Below the pieces are notes generated by a model. It did not search any database and had not been told where the DNA came from. It saw only the letters and a program-made list of their open reading frames with translations. Made by a program: the position numbers and the translations under genes. This document shows positions 44,333-50,661 of a DNA stretch of 50,661 nucleotides, piece after piece. This DNA comes from Shigella phage Shfl1. The stretch lies in the sequence record HM035024. One strand, given 5' to 3'. How positions within the stretch are numbered: the first letter of the stretch is position 1; the number at the start of each line of letters is the position of its first letter.

Positions 44333-44740
44333 TCAAATTCTTCTTTCGTAAGCTGGAGACTTGCGCACAATTCGACGTTCCGATCTATCAACGTTTCTAC
44401 GTTCGCCAAACAATTCTTCATCACTCATTTCTCCAATGTGCATCATTTCCCACGTATATCGATTATTGTAGCCATCAATACACATCAGCTTCATCATTAC
44501 CGGGCGCTTGATCTTTCCCTTGCACCAGTAAAATCCATCCTTACGATCCAAGTAACCATCAGTAACACAACGAGCGCAAAACTCCTTAGATAGCGCGCTT
44601 GTAAATTCACGGTGAGTCATCCCTGCGGCCTTAGCAAATCGCTCACTTTCCTTGTGGGCGTATATAAATTTCGCTATGTGCTGCCGAGTGTATTTGTCGT
44701 AACCTTCGCAGAACCTGAACAGATCTAAAAGAAGAAGCAT
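44333..44740 (-). CDS. hypothetical Cys-rich protein (135 aa)
   Basis: ORF coupled to upstream ATPase gene; several Cys (FCEGY, FCARC, YWCKG, MCIDGY). Confidence 0.45.
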   Translation of the reverse strand: MLLLLDLFRFCEGYDKYTRQHIAKFIYAHKESERFAKAAGMTHREFTSALSKEFCARCVTDGYLDRKDGFYWCKGKIKRPVMMKLMCIDGYNNRYTWEMMHIGEMSDEELFGERRNVDRSERRIVRKSPAYERRI

Positions 44741-44744
44741 ATTT

Positions 44745-46313
44745 TTAACCCATCAGTCGAGGATTGATGAAAACAATATCATCAATACGGCAAGTGTAAT
44801 TCATCTCTTCGAGCGTAATCAGAAGGCTGTCGATTCGCTCAGATACTTTCTGTTGACCGTTGAACGGCGTAACGTTCCGGCACTTTGCAACAATACTATG
44901 AATAGGTGCGCGCCCTTTGTTCTTCTTTGCGATCTCAGTGATAACATCAATCAGCTTACGAGATTCAGCCTCATCACCAGCATACCCGGCAGCGCTGGCA
45001 GACGACAGATAAGTCCTGGAAAGCTCATTGAAGATCATGATCGCTTCCTGCATTGTTTCAAGGTCAATCTCACGGTTGGAACGGTTCGGTGATTCACCCT
45101 CCCAATTCTTGATCGTGTGTAGAACTGAAGCAATACGCAAAGCGTGCTTATCGAACTTGCCGAGATGACCGCGAAGCATTGAGTGAGAGTATTTTCCCCC
45201 GGCGGCGAAATCAGGCTCCATCGCCTGGCGTGCAAGGTTTAATTCACGCATAGCATTACGGCTCACAGAGAGAACAACGTTGTCCTCCTTCATGATGTTG
45301 TGCACGAGTCTGTAATATTTGCTAACCAGTCCGCGATCGACTTCTTTATACAGTGCATCACCATTTTCATCACAAAGAATACGAGTACCTAAAAGCGGTT
45401 CCTCTCGAACCAGGAGGAAACGCTCAGATACACCGATACCGCGCTGTCCTGCGTCCATGATACCCTTGATTGTTTCATCCTGAGCAATTACGCAGATTGA
45501 ACCGACCGGGCATAGAGACAAGTTATTATCCTGGTTGGAACGCGCGACCTCCATATGGTTTTTATCCCACGCCTTAAGGATAAGCTCACTGTTAGATTTC
45601 TTATCTGAACCGCCATACGTAAGCCCGAGCAATGTATTGATTGCCGTTGCCTCGTCAGATATTACGGAAAAGTGACCTTGCACTGCCGCCACTTTCGCAA
45701 GACCTTCAGGTGTAGGATCTGATACCGCGAAAACAATATCAGCCATCTTCTTGATCTTCTCTTCCAGTTTTTCTTTGTCCTCGTACAGTGCCGCAGTCGT
45801 GTTGCCTTTAGGATCATTCTTGATTTCCTTCTCAACCTGGCGTAGCTGACTGGTTAAACGGATACGTTCCTTTTTGCGCTCTTCATTCAGTCGCTGAATC
45901 TCCGCACGCATAGGTGTAATCGCCGCTGAGTTAATCGCTGACTTACCTGTTGATGGTGGCTGGCTGATTACCATGTAAAGCGCGGTCGGCTGTTCCTCTC
46001 CGTGATATTGCACCCAAAACTTCCCGAGCATCGCGGCTGAGATGCAACCGATAAAATGAGCATACGCGGATGAAACCGGGAACTGGACTGATTCAGCTTT
46101 TGCTTTTGCATATTCGAATACCAGGTTATCACCACCTAACGAAATCAGAGGGAACTTATCGTTTCCGCTGTTGATATCGATCGGATCTTGCCAAAAAGAA
46201 ACTGAATCCCCGTAACTGTTTTCACGAATTGCGATCGCCACCGGATTCACTCCAGTGCTATTTGCGATCTCAATAATTTGTTGGTAATTCAGTTTTGGCT
46301 TAATGTTAAACAT
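44745..46313 (-). CDS. P-loop NTPase (DUF3987-like, putative replication ATPase)
   Basis: Walker A ISQPPSTGKSA; Walker-B-like VISDEA; start trimmed to ATG 46313 (AAGGAG RBS). Confidence 0.5.
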   Translation of the reverse strand: MFNIKPKLNYQQIIEIANSTGVNPVAIAIRENSYGDSVSFWQDPIDINSGNDKFPLISLGGDNLVFEYAKAKAESVQFPVSSAYAHFIGCISAAMLGKFWVQYHGEEQPTALYMVISQPPSTGKSAINSAAITPMRAEIQRLNEERKKERIRLTSQLRQVEKEIKNDPKGNTTAALYEDKEKLEEKIKKMADIVFAVSDPTPEGLAKVAAVQGHFSVISDEATAINTLLGLTYGGSDKKSNSELILKAWDKNHMEVARSNQDNNLSLCPVGSICVIAQDETIKGIMDAGQRGIGVSERFLLVREEPLLGTRILCDENGDALYKEVDRGLVSKYYRLVHNIMKEDNVVLSVSRNAMRELNLARQAMEPDFAAGGKYSHSMLRGHLGKFDKHALRIASVLHTIKNWEGESPNRSNREIDLETMQEAIMIFNELSRTYLSSASAAGYAGDEAESRKLIDVITEIAKKNKGRAPIHSIVAKCRNVTPFNGQQKVSERIDSLLITLEEMNYTCRIDDIVFINPRLMG

Positions 46314-46368
46314 CACAATAAACTCCTTAGTTGACGGTGTGAATGATACACCGCCAATGTTACACGCG

Positions 46369-46386
46369 TTTTGCAAAAAGTGCTAT
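46369..46386 (-). promoter_or_regulatory. conserved motif (minus orientation) upstream of P-loop ATPase gene
   Basis: Reverse complement ATAGCACTTTTTGCAAAA; hairpin GGTGT...ACACC with TATCAT downstream. Confidence 0.45.
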
Positions 46387-46389
46387 TGG

Positions 46390-46806
46390 TTATAAGTATT
46401 TGGCCTCAAAGGTTGTGCCGTCAGCAATACTAAAACCAACCTCTTCGCGAAATAATGTCCAGCGGCAACCGTCCTCATCAAAGATGTAACCAGCCACTCC
46501 ACCGAGAGCGCGACCGCTTTCAACCTGGTAACGCTTTCCAACTTTGAATGATTTTTTAATTGGGTTGCGATGGTCAAGCCCGGTACACTTTAGTGTTTTG
46601 GTCTTAAGTTCAGTGAATTTTGCGAAGAAGATTTCATCAGATCCGTGAATCTGTAATTCATCGTGCTTTTCAAGTTTTAAATACTTACCACACTTTAACT
46701 TAACCTCACGAGTACCATCGTAGCGCTCTCTACCTTTGTACAGGTTGTTAACTTCAAATCCTGTGATTTTGTCTGCGGAAGTACATTTAAGTTTGATGGA
46801 TTTCAT
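46390..46806 (-). CDS. hypothetical protein with three K(L)KC-containing repeats (138 aa)
   Basis: ORF preceded by conserved leader CAGGAG; internal repeats IKLKCT / VKLKCG / KTLKCT. Confidence 0.5.
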   Translation of the reverse strand: MKSIKLKCTSADKITGFEVNNLYKGRERYDGTREVKLKCGKYLKLEKHDELQIHGSDEIFFAKFTELKTKTLKCTGLDHRNPIKKSFKVGKRYQVESGRALGGVAGYIFDEDGCRWTLFREEVGFSIADGTTFEAKYL

Positions 46807-46868
46807 TGCGTTAACTCCTGATTGGTTATCTTGAATAAGGTCACTTTATCAAATGACCTTACGGCAAT

Positions 46869-46886
46869 ATTAACAAATCGTGCTAT
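46869..46886 (-). promoter_or_regulatory. conserved motif (minus orientation)
   Basis: Reverse complement ATAGCACGATTTGTTAAT; followed by inverted repeat AAGGTCA/TGACCTT. Confidence 0.45.
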
Positions 46887-47096
46887 TTACCAGGGAATAT
46901 AATCGTCGTCATTATCACCAATATCATCTCCTGGCATCTCGAAGTCGGGATTATATTCACTTTCTGCGTCCATATCCATATTCCCTAGCGCGTCGTCAAG
47001 CGTAATTTCTTTATATGCAACCTTGATACACCATTCCGCACTAAGCCCGGCATCGAGCGCGGCAAAATAACGGGTCCAGAAATTATCCTGTTCCAT
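46887..47096 (-). CDS. small highly acidic protein (69 aa)
   Basis: About 19 Asp/Glu against 3 Arg/Lys; GGAG RBS. Confidence 0.5.
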   Translation of the reverse strand: MEQDNFWTRYFAALDAGLSAEWCIKVAYKEITLDDALGNMDMDAESEYNPDFEMPGDDIGDNDDDYIPW

Positions 47097-47099
47097 TAA

Positions 47100-47324
47100 T
47101 TAGCTCCATGAATTAATGTAAATCGAGTTAGCCTCAAGCGTTGCGCGAACATCTGCATCTGTTGCATTTACTAAGCGCGATCCTGGTGTGCTGCCAATAA
47201 CATTATTACCGTTCCGAGCCTTAGTTACCGTCATTGAAATAAAACCGGAAGACTTATCCATTTTGATAACTACACGCCCTTTCGCGTTCAGATGCTTGAT
47301 GATATTCTCAACTTTAATGCTCAT
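47100..47324 (-). CDS. hypothetical protein (74 aa)
   Basis: ORF with AAAGGAA RBS downstream of motif and hairpin. Confidence 0.5.
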   Translation of the reverse strand: MSIKVENIIKHLNAKGRVVIKMDKSSGFISMTVTKARNGNNVIGSTPGSRLVNATDADVRATLEANSIYINSWS

Positions 47325-47383
47325 TTTTAATTCCTTTGTTTCGTTTGGTGTGGGAGTAATATACCTTACTCCCTATTTATTGT

Positions 47384-47402
47384 CTTTAGCAATTAGTGCT
47401 AT
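47384..47402 (-). promoter_or_regulatory. conserved motif (minus orientation)
   Basis: Reverse complement ATAGCACTAATTGCTAAAG; followed by inverted repeat GGGAGTAA/TTACTCCC with TATATT. Confidence 0.45.
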
Positions 47403-47541
47403 CAGTACTCTGAAATTACTTTACACTCTTTGATTGTTCCACCTAGCACTACTTTCTGCATCATTGCTTTTTGGTGGCTATCGTAAACGCGAACATTTTT
47501 TACGCTGTTAAATTTGCCAGTATAGAAAGTGTGAATATAAA

Positions 47542-47862
47542 TCATTTTTTACCGTCCCATGTTTGATACACCGTCACAAGGTTAATGCTATGGTCGAACT
47601 CGTCAATGCTAAGCGATCCGATTCGAACCAGTTCTTTATCATGCTTTATATCAATCATCCGGCTATATGGATGGCCTGGAACATATTTGAATAGTCGCTT
47701 ACTGTCAGCAATGTCGGCGTTGATTCCATAGAACCGACCTACAGCCGCCTTTACGCGTTCCATGATGTTTTTTTCGTGGATTGCTGCCGCGTTATTCAAT
47801 GCCGCGACCGTGCTTCCGTTAATCTTCGGTGATTTCGTTGTGATTTTATAAGTGTGGTTCAT
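47542..47862 (-). CDS. hypothetical protein (106 aa)
   Basis: Start trimmed to ATG 47862 (GGGGGA RBS). Confidence 0.45.
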   Translation of the reverse strand: MNHTYKITTKSPKINGSTVAALNNAAAIHEKNIMERVKAAVGRFYGINADIADSKRLFKYVPGHPYSRMIDIKHDKELVRIGSLSIDEFDHSINLVTVYQTWDGKK

Positions 47863-47878
47863 TATTCCCCCTAACCAG

Positions 47879-48079
47879 TCAGGATAGCTTTCTCGCTTCA
47901 TCAATGATAACAGGTTCGAGACGCTCAAGTCGAACGCGGAACGTGTTCATAAATCCTTCGTTATTCTTCAGTAGCTCGAATGCGTCTGTTGCCTCAATTG
48001 CGCTATTTCCCATGTAGGCAACTACTCTCTTTTGCGTCTTGCGTGAGATCGCAACCACGCGGTAGATATTATCACTCAT
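47879..48079 (-). CDS. hypothetical protein (66 aa)
   Basis: Start trimmed to ATG 48079 (AAGGAGG RBS 7 nt upstream). Confidence 0.45.
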   Translation of the reverse strand: MSDNIYRVVAISRKTQKRVVAYMGNSAIEATDAFELLKNNEGFMNTFRVRLERLEPVIIDEARKLS

Positions 48080-48443
48080 ACAATGCCTCCTTAACACGAT
48101 CCGCAATGCAGGAGTTTACAGTGATTGAGTAGTTAGCCACGCCCCATAATGCAATATTGCCAAGCTCGGTACGCATAGATGGATTATTAAGCTGAATGAT
48201 TGCCTCTCCAGTGTCTTTATCGACGAATCGAGACACTCCAGAATGGTCCACCACGCGCGTTACGCGATTCACGCACTCCATTGCATCACTCACACCATAA
48301 TAGGCGCTCAGAGCGGCTCTCACGGCCTTCTCTTGCTTGTTGTAAATCTTGTGCGCAATGTTCTCGATCGCAACGTGCTCTTTTTCGTCAGTAGGTATTG
48401 CTGCGCTTGCTGAGAAGTCGAGGTCAGTGAACTGCTTAAACAT
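48072..48443 (-). CDS. hypothetical protein (123 aa)
   Basis: Start trimmed to ATG 48443 after motif, TATAGT hairpin and CGAGGAA RBS. Confidence 0.5.
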   Translation of the reverse strand: MFKQFTDLDFSASAAIPTDEKEHVAIENIAHKIYNKQEKAVRAALSAYYGVSDAMECVNRVTRVVDHSGVSRFVDKDTGEAIIQLNNPSMRTELGNIALWGVANYSITVNSCIADRVKEALYE

Positions 48444-48500
48444 AATTATTTCCTCGTTTACTGTTGATGGGATGACTATACCATCCACCCCATTTATGCG

Positions 48501-48518
48501 TTTAACAAAAAGTGCTAT
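48501..48518 (-). promoter_or_regulatory. conserved motif (minus orientation)
   Basis: Reverse complement ATAGCACTTTTTGTTAAA; TATAGT (plus 48475-48480) within inverted repeat GGATGG/CCATCC. Confidence 0.45.
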
Positions 48519-48679
48519 TCTATAACTTCCTTTTGAACGACCTTGATCTCATCAAAGAAGATATTCCTGTCATTCTCAGTGAGATTCTTGATCTCGTTAG
48601 CTTTGCTCTCGGTTGAGCATATCTCGATCAGTTCGTCACCTTCATAATAGATGGTCCCAACAACGCAATATACGATCAT
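48515..48679 (-). CDS. small hypothetical protein (54 aa)
   Basis: Hand translated; ATGA overlap with upstream gene; GGAGG RBS; 3' end overlaps promoter motif. Confidence 0.35.
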   Translation of the reverse strand: MIVYCVVGTIYYEGDELIEICSTESKANEIKNLTENDRNIFFDEIKVVQKEVIE

Positions 48680-49056
48680 AATTTTTCCTCCAGCACTTCA
48701 CGGATGCGGTTTATTGCGTCCAGCTTATCGCAATCCCAACGAGTCGTTCCGTTATCCGGTCGCTCTTCGAACGCGAGACTCACCTCTTCGAGAAGGTTGT
48801 CAATGATAGCCTCCTTCTCGTCACCGCCCAGCTTTCCGAACTCAACCGATCCTACGTAACGATTGATATAAGCAATCATGCTCTGATGTTCTTCAATGGT
48901 GAATATATCCGTGATACTGATCCCGGTATCTCGCTGAGTGATAACAACCCGGTTGCTGGGGTGGATTATCCCGCCCACCAGGCGATTGCAAATCTCAACT
49001 GTGAAACCTTTCTCATTTGCGCGGTCAATTGCTTCCTGAAGTTTTGAATCTGTCAT
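48676..49056 (-). CDS. hypothetical protein (126 aa)
   Basis: ORF preceded by conserved leader CAACCAATCAGAGGAAT. Confidence 0.5.
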   Translation of the reverse strand: MTDSKLQEAIDRANEKGFTVEICNRLVGGIIHPSNRVVITQRDTGISITDIFTIEEHQSMIAYINRYVGSVEFGKLGGDEKEAIIDNLLEEVSLAFEERPDNGTTRWDCDKLDAINRIREVLEEKL

Positions 49057-49123
49057 CTCGTCATTCCTCTGATTGGTTGATGTGTTAAATATACCCCGAT
49101 TACCTTCGGGGCGTTTAGCAATT

Positions 49124-49141
49124 CGTGCTATTAAGCGATAT
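49124..49141 (-). promoter_or_regulatory. conserved motif (minus orientation)
   Basis: Reverse complement ATAGCACGAATTGCTAAA; hairpin CCCCGAAGGTAATCGGGG then TATATT. Confidence 0.45.
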
Positions 49142-49466
49142 CGAACTCAGCGGCATATGCTTTCTTGAAGCCAGCTTCACGCATGGTGCGCTTGCTGATT
49201 TTGCGAGGGAATTTGTACTGGCTGTTAGGCTTAATCCACCAAAAGCAGGCAGTTTCACGAACGATTTCATATTTACCATAGCGGGTGAAGGTGTCACGTT
49301 CAGCGTCCGGCTGATAAATACAGGTCAGGAATTTAGCTGCATTTTCTTCAGTTTTGATTTCTTCCCATACGAAGGAATCCATACCGTTAACTTTGCAAGC
49401 TACCATGATGTACTCAACGCCGTTTTCGATTTTGATGATTTCGTTACCGCGATTTTCGTATTTCAT
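49131..49466 (-). CDS. hypothetical protein (111 aa)
   Basis: ORF downstream of motif. Confidence 0.5.
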   Translation of the reverse strand: MKYENRGNEIIKIENGVEYIMVACKVNGMDSFVWEEIKTEENAAKFLTCIYQPDAERDTFTRYGKYEIVRETACFWWIKPNSQYKFPRKISKRTMREAGFKKAYAAEFDIA

Positions 49467-49529
49467 TTTCCTGCCCCTGATGTGTATCTCGTTTCGATGA
49501 GGTAATTATGCCAAATCACACCGATCGAG

Positions 49530-49548
49530 TTTTAACAAAAAGTGCTAT
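49530..49548 (-). promoter_or_regulatory. conserved motif (minus orientation) overlapping 3' end of methyltransferase-like gene
   Basis: Reverse complement ATAGCACTTTTTGTTAAAA. Confidence 0.4.
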
Positions 49549-50236
49549 TTGCGATTGCTTTGAAAAATCCACGCGGCGACAGCGATCGTATCAACTTCGT
49601 TTTGGCAGACTTGCCGCCCAGCTTGTTATGCTGTGCAGAGTACCCGTCAGGAAGGTTTACAGGTTTTCTCTCCGGCATGACAAAATCGTCCGAGGTCCAA
49701 AGGCACGTCTTTTTCGGGTAAGCATCGCGCGGCGCAATATACATAGGGAACCAGGGATGTGAGTCATTCTCAGGAAGGTAGCCGCCATACTCCCAGGGAT
49801 TGAATGAGTGATCTGGTTTTCTCCAGGCAGATGACAGGACGCTAACCGGATTCTCAATGATGTAGGTCACGCCCAGGGCATCGCCAATATTCGCAGCAAT
49901 CCGTGCGGTTGCAACAGCCTTCTCCTGGAATAACGGATCGCGCTCACGCTTACTTGCAAAGTGCGCGGCACCACTAACAGCCAGGTCGGTGCATGGAGGA
50001 AATGCCATGATGAAATCTGGCTTGCCATACACACCCGCGATCGCATCACGTTCGAACTTCTCATCAATGAAGACGTTCACATACTCAATATTCGGATGCT
50101 CTACCCGGGCGTTGTACTTTGCATAATCTCCGTGATCGGCCCCGTCAAAGTTGAAGCACATTACCTTATGACCTCGCTTAGCCAGTTCATGACCAGCAAG
50201 GCCGGAGCCATCGAATAATGACCAGATTAATTTCAT
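49532..50236 (-). CDS. C5-cytosine-methyltransferase-like protein (short, divergent)
   Basis: Motif-I-like LFDGSGLAG, motif-IV-like FPPCTDLAVSG (Pro-Cys but Thr in place of Gln), motif-VI-like IIENPV; only 234 aa. Confidence 0.4.
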   Translation of the reverse strand: MKLIWSLFDGSGLAGHELAKRGHKVMCFNFDGADHGDYAKYNARVEHPNIEYVNVFIDEKFERDAIAGVYGKPDFIMAFPPCTDLAVSGAAHFASKRERDPLFQEKAVATARIAANIGDALGVTYIIENPVSVLSSAWRKPDHSFNPWEYGGYLPENDSHPWFPMYIAPRDAYPKKTCLWTSDDFVMPERKPVNLPDGYSAQHNKLGGKSAKTKLIRSLSPRGFFKAIANSTFC

Positions 50237-50445
50237 TTCGTTACCTCCTTGAATACCGTTTTTCCGTCATTGGTCAGGAATCGATCCCACCCATTCATTG
50301 AACGGAAAACGCCGATTTGATTTTGATGATTGTCAGTCGCAAAGTAACCGCCATCAATAAGGTAGATCTCATATACTGATTGATTCGTGAAGCTGTCGGT
50401 GCTGACGCTAATGCATCGCACAGCACATTCAAATTCTGGTTCCAT
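50233..50445 (-). CDS. hypothetical protein (70 aa)
   Basis: ORF preceded by conserved leader CAACCAATCAGAGGAAT. Confidence 0.45.
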   Translation of the reverse strand: MEPEFECAVRCISVSTDSFTNQSVYEIYLIDGGYFATDNHQNQIGVFRSMNGWDRFLTNDGKTVFKEVTK

Positions 50446-50504
50446 TGCATGATTCCTCTGATTGGTTGATGTGATGAATCATACCCTGCCAACATGGATA
50501 AGTC

Positions 50505-50522
50505 GTTAGCAAAAAATGCTAT
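50505..50522 (-). promoter_or_regulatory. conserved motif (minus orientation)
   Basis: Reverse complement ATAGCATTTTTTGCTAAC; TATGAT downstream on minus strand. Confidence 0.4.
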
Positions 50523-50661
50523 TCCAATAGTTGCTCATTATTCCATCAATACTGGAATAGTTGGAATAATTTTGATTGTGATTGATTGCGAATGATGAAA
50601 CGTGATTATTGCATGATGTGCAACAGTTGTTTGATTTGTTGCTGAGATTGCAATGATTGTG

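Noticed and set aside
44221-44593. ORFs 44221..44424 (minus) and 44273..44593, 44329..44511 (plus) next to the spanin
   Set aside because: They overlap the better-supported minus-strand gene 44333..44740 or the bidirectional terminator; no RBS.
50295-50495. Alternative minus-strand ORF starting at the first ATG after the conserved leader
   Set aside because: Its ATG is only 3 nt from the GAGGAA Shine-Dalgarno; the second ATG (frame of 50233..50445) has proper spacing, so that frame was chosen.
1000-50522. The repeated 20-bp motif as a CRISPR array or the TTGYTA within it as a canonical sigma70 -35
   Set aside because: Copies are dispersed over 50 kb in intergenic gaps in both orientations, not clustered with uniform spacers, so it is not CRISPR. 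TTGYTA would be 22 bp from the -10-like hexamer, outside the 16-19 bp range for sigma70.
1-50661. Temperate lifestyle (integrase, repressor, att site)
   Set aside because: No tyrosine or serine recombinase signature and no CI-like repressor/antirepressor pair was found by eye; the HTH protein at 36750..37202 alone does not indicate lysogeny.

Overview
The window reads as a near-complete genome of a lytic siphovirus whose gene content and order resemble T1-like (Drexlerviridae-type) enterobacterial phages; this assignment is inference from motifs and synteny only, since no database search was possible. Layout: (i) 0.4-9.7 kb, plus-strand early region of small ORFs, including a HAD phosphatase and a P-loop kinase; (ii) 9.7-29.9 kb, plus-strand morphogenesis module (small and large terminase, portal, head morphogenesis protein, scaffold, two paralogous decoration-like proteins, major capsid, connectors, major tail protein, frameshifted assembly chaperone, tape measure, lambda-like M/L/K/I/J tail tip); (iii) 29.9-31.1 kb, minus-strand putative receptor-binding protein plus a small lipoprotein; (iv) 31.6-33.8 kb, RecE-like exonuclease, Erf annealing protein, SSB; (v) 33.9-35.7 kb, minus-strand tail fibre with a C-terminal intramolecular-chaperone domain; (vi) 35.8-42.7 kb, replication and modification genes (primase, HTH regulator, SF2 helicase, VRR-NUC nuclease, Dam methylase, metallophosphoesterase); (vii) 43.1-44.2 kb, lysis cassette (pinholin-like, SAR-type lysozyme, unimolecular spanin); (viii) 44.3-50.4 kb, minus-strand cluster including a P-loop ATPase and a C5-methyltransferase-like protein. 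No integrase, CRISPR array, tRNA or rRNA was found. The most striking signal is non-coding: a roughly 20-bp palindromic motif (ATAGCAC-N5-TGYTAAAAC) present at least 27 times in intergenic DNA, usually followed at a fixed 18-nt spacing by a -10-like hexamer embedded in a sequence-variable inverted repeat and then a conserved leader. Two large AT-rich intergenic regions (1-470 and 31070-31590) share an identical 17-bp AT palindrome and iteron-like TGTAACAG repeats. Function calls rest on motifs read by eye and are provisional.
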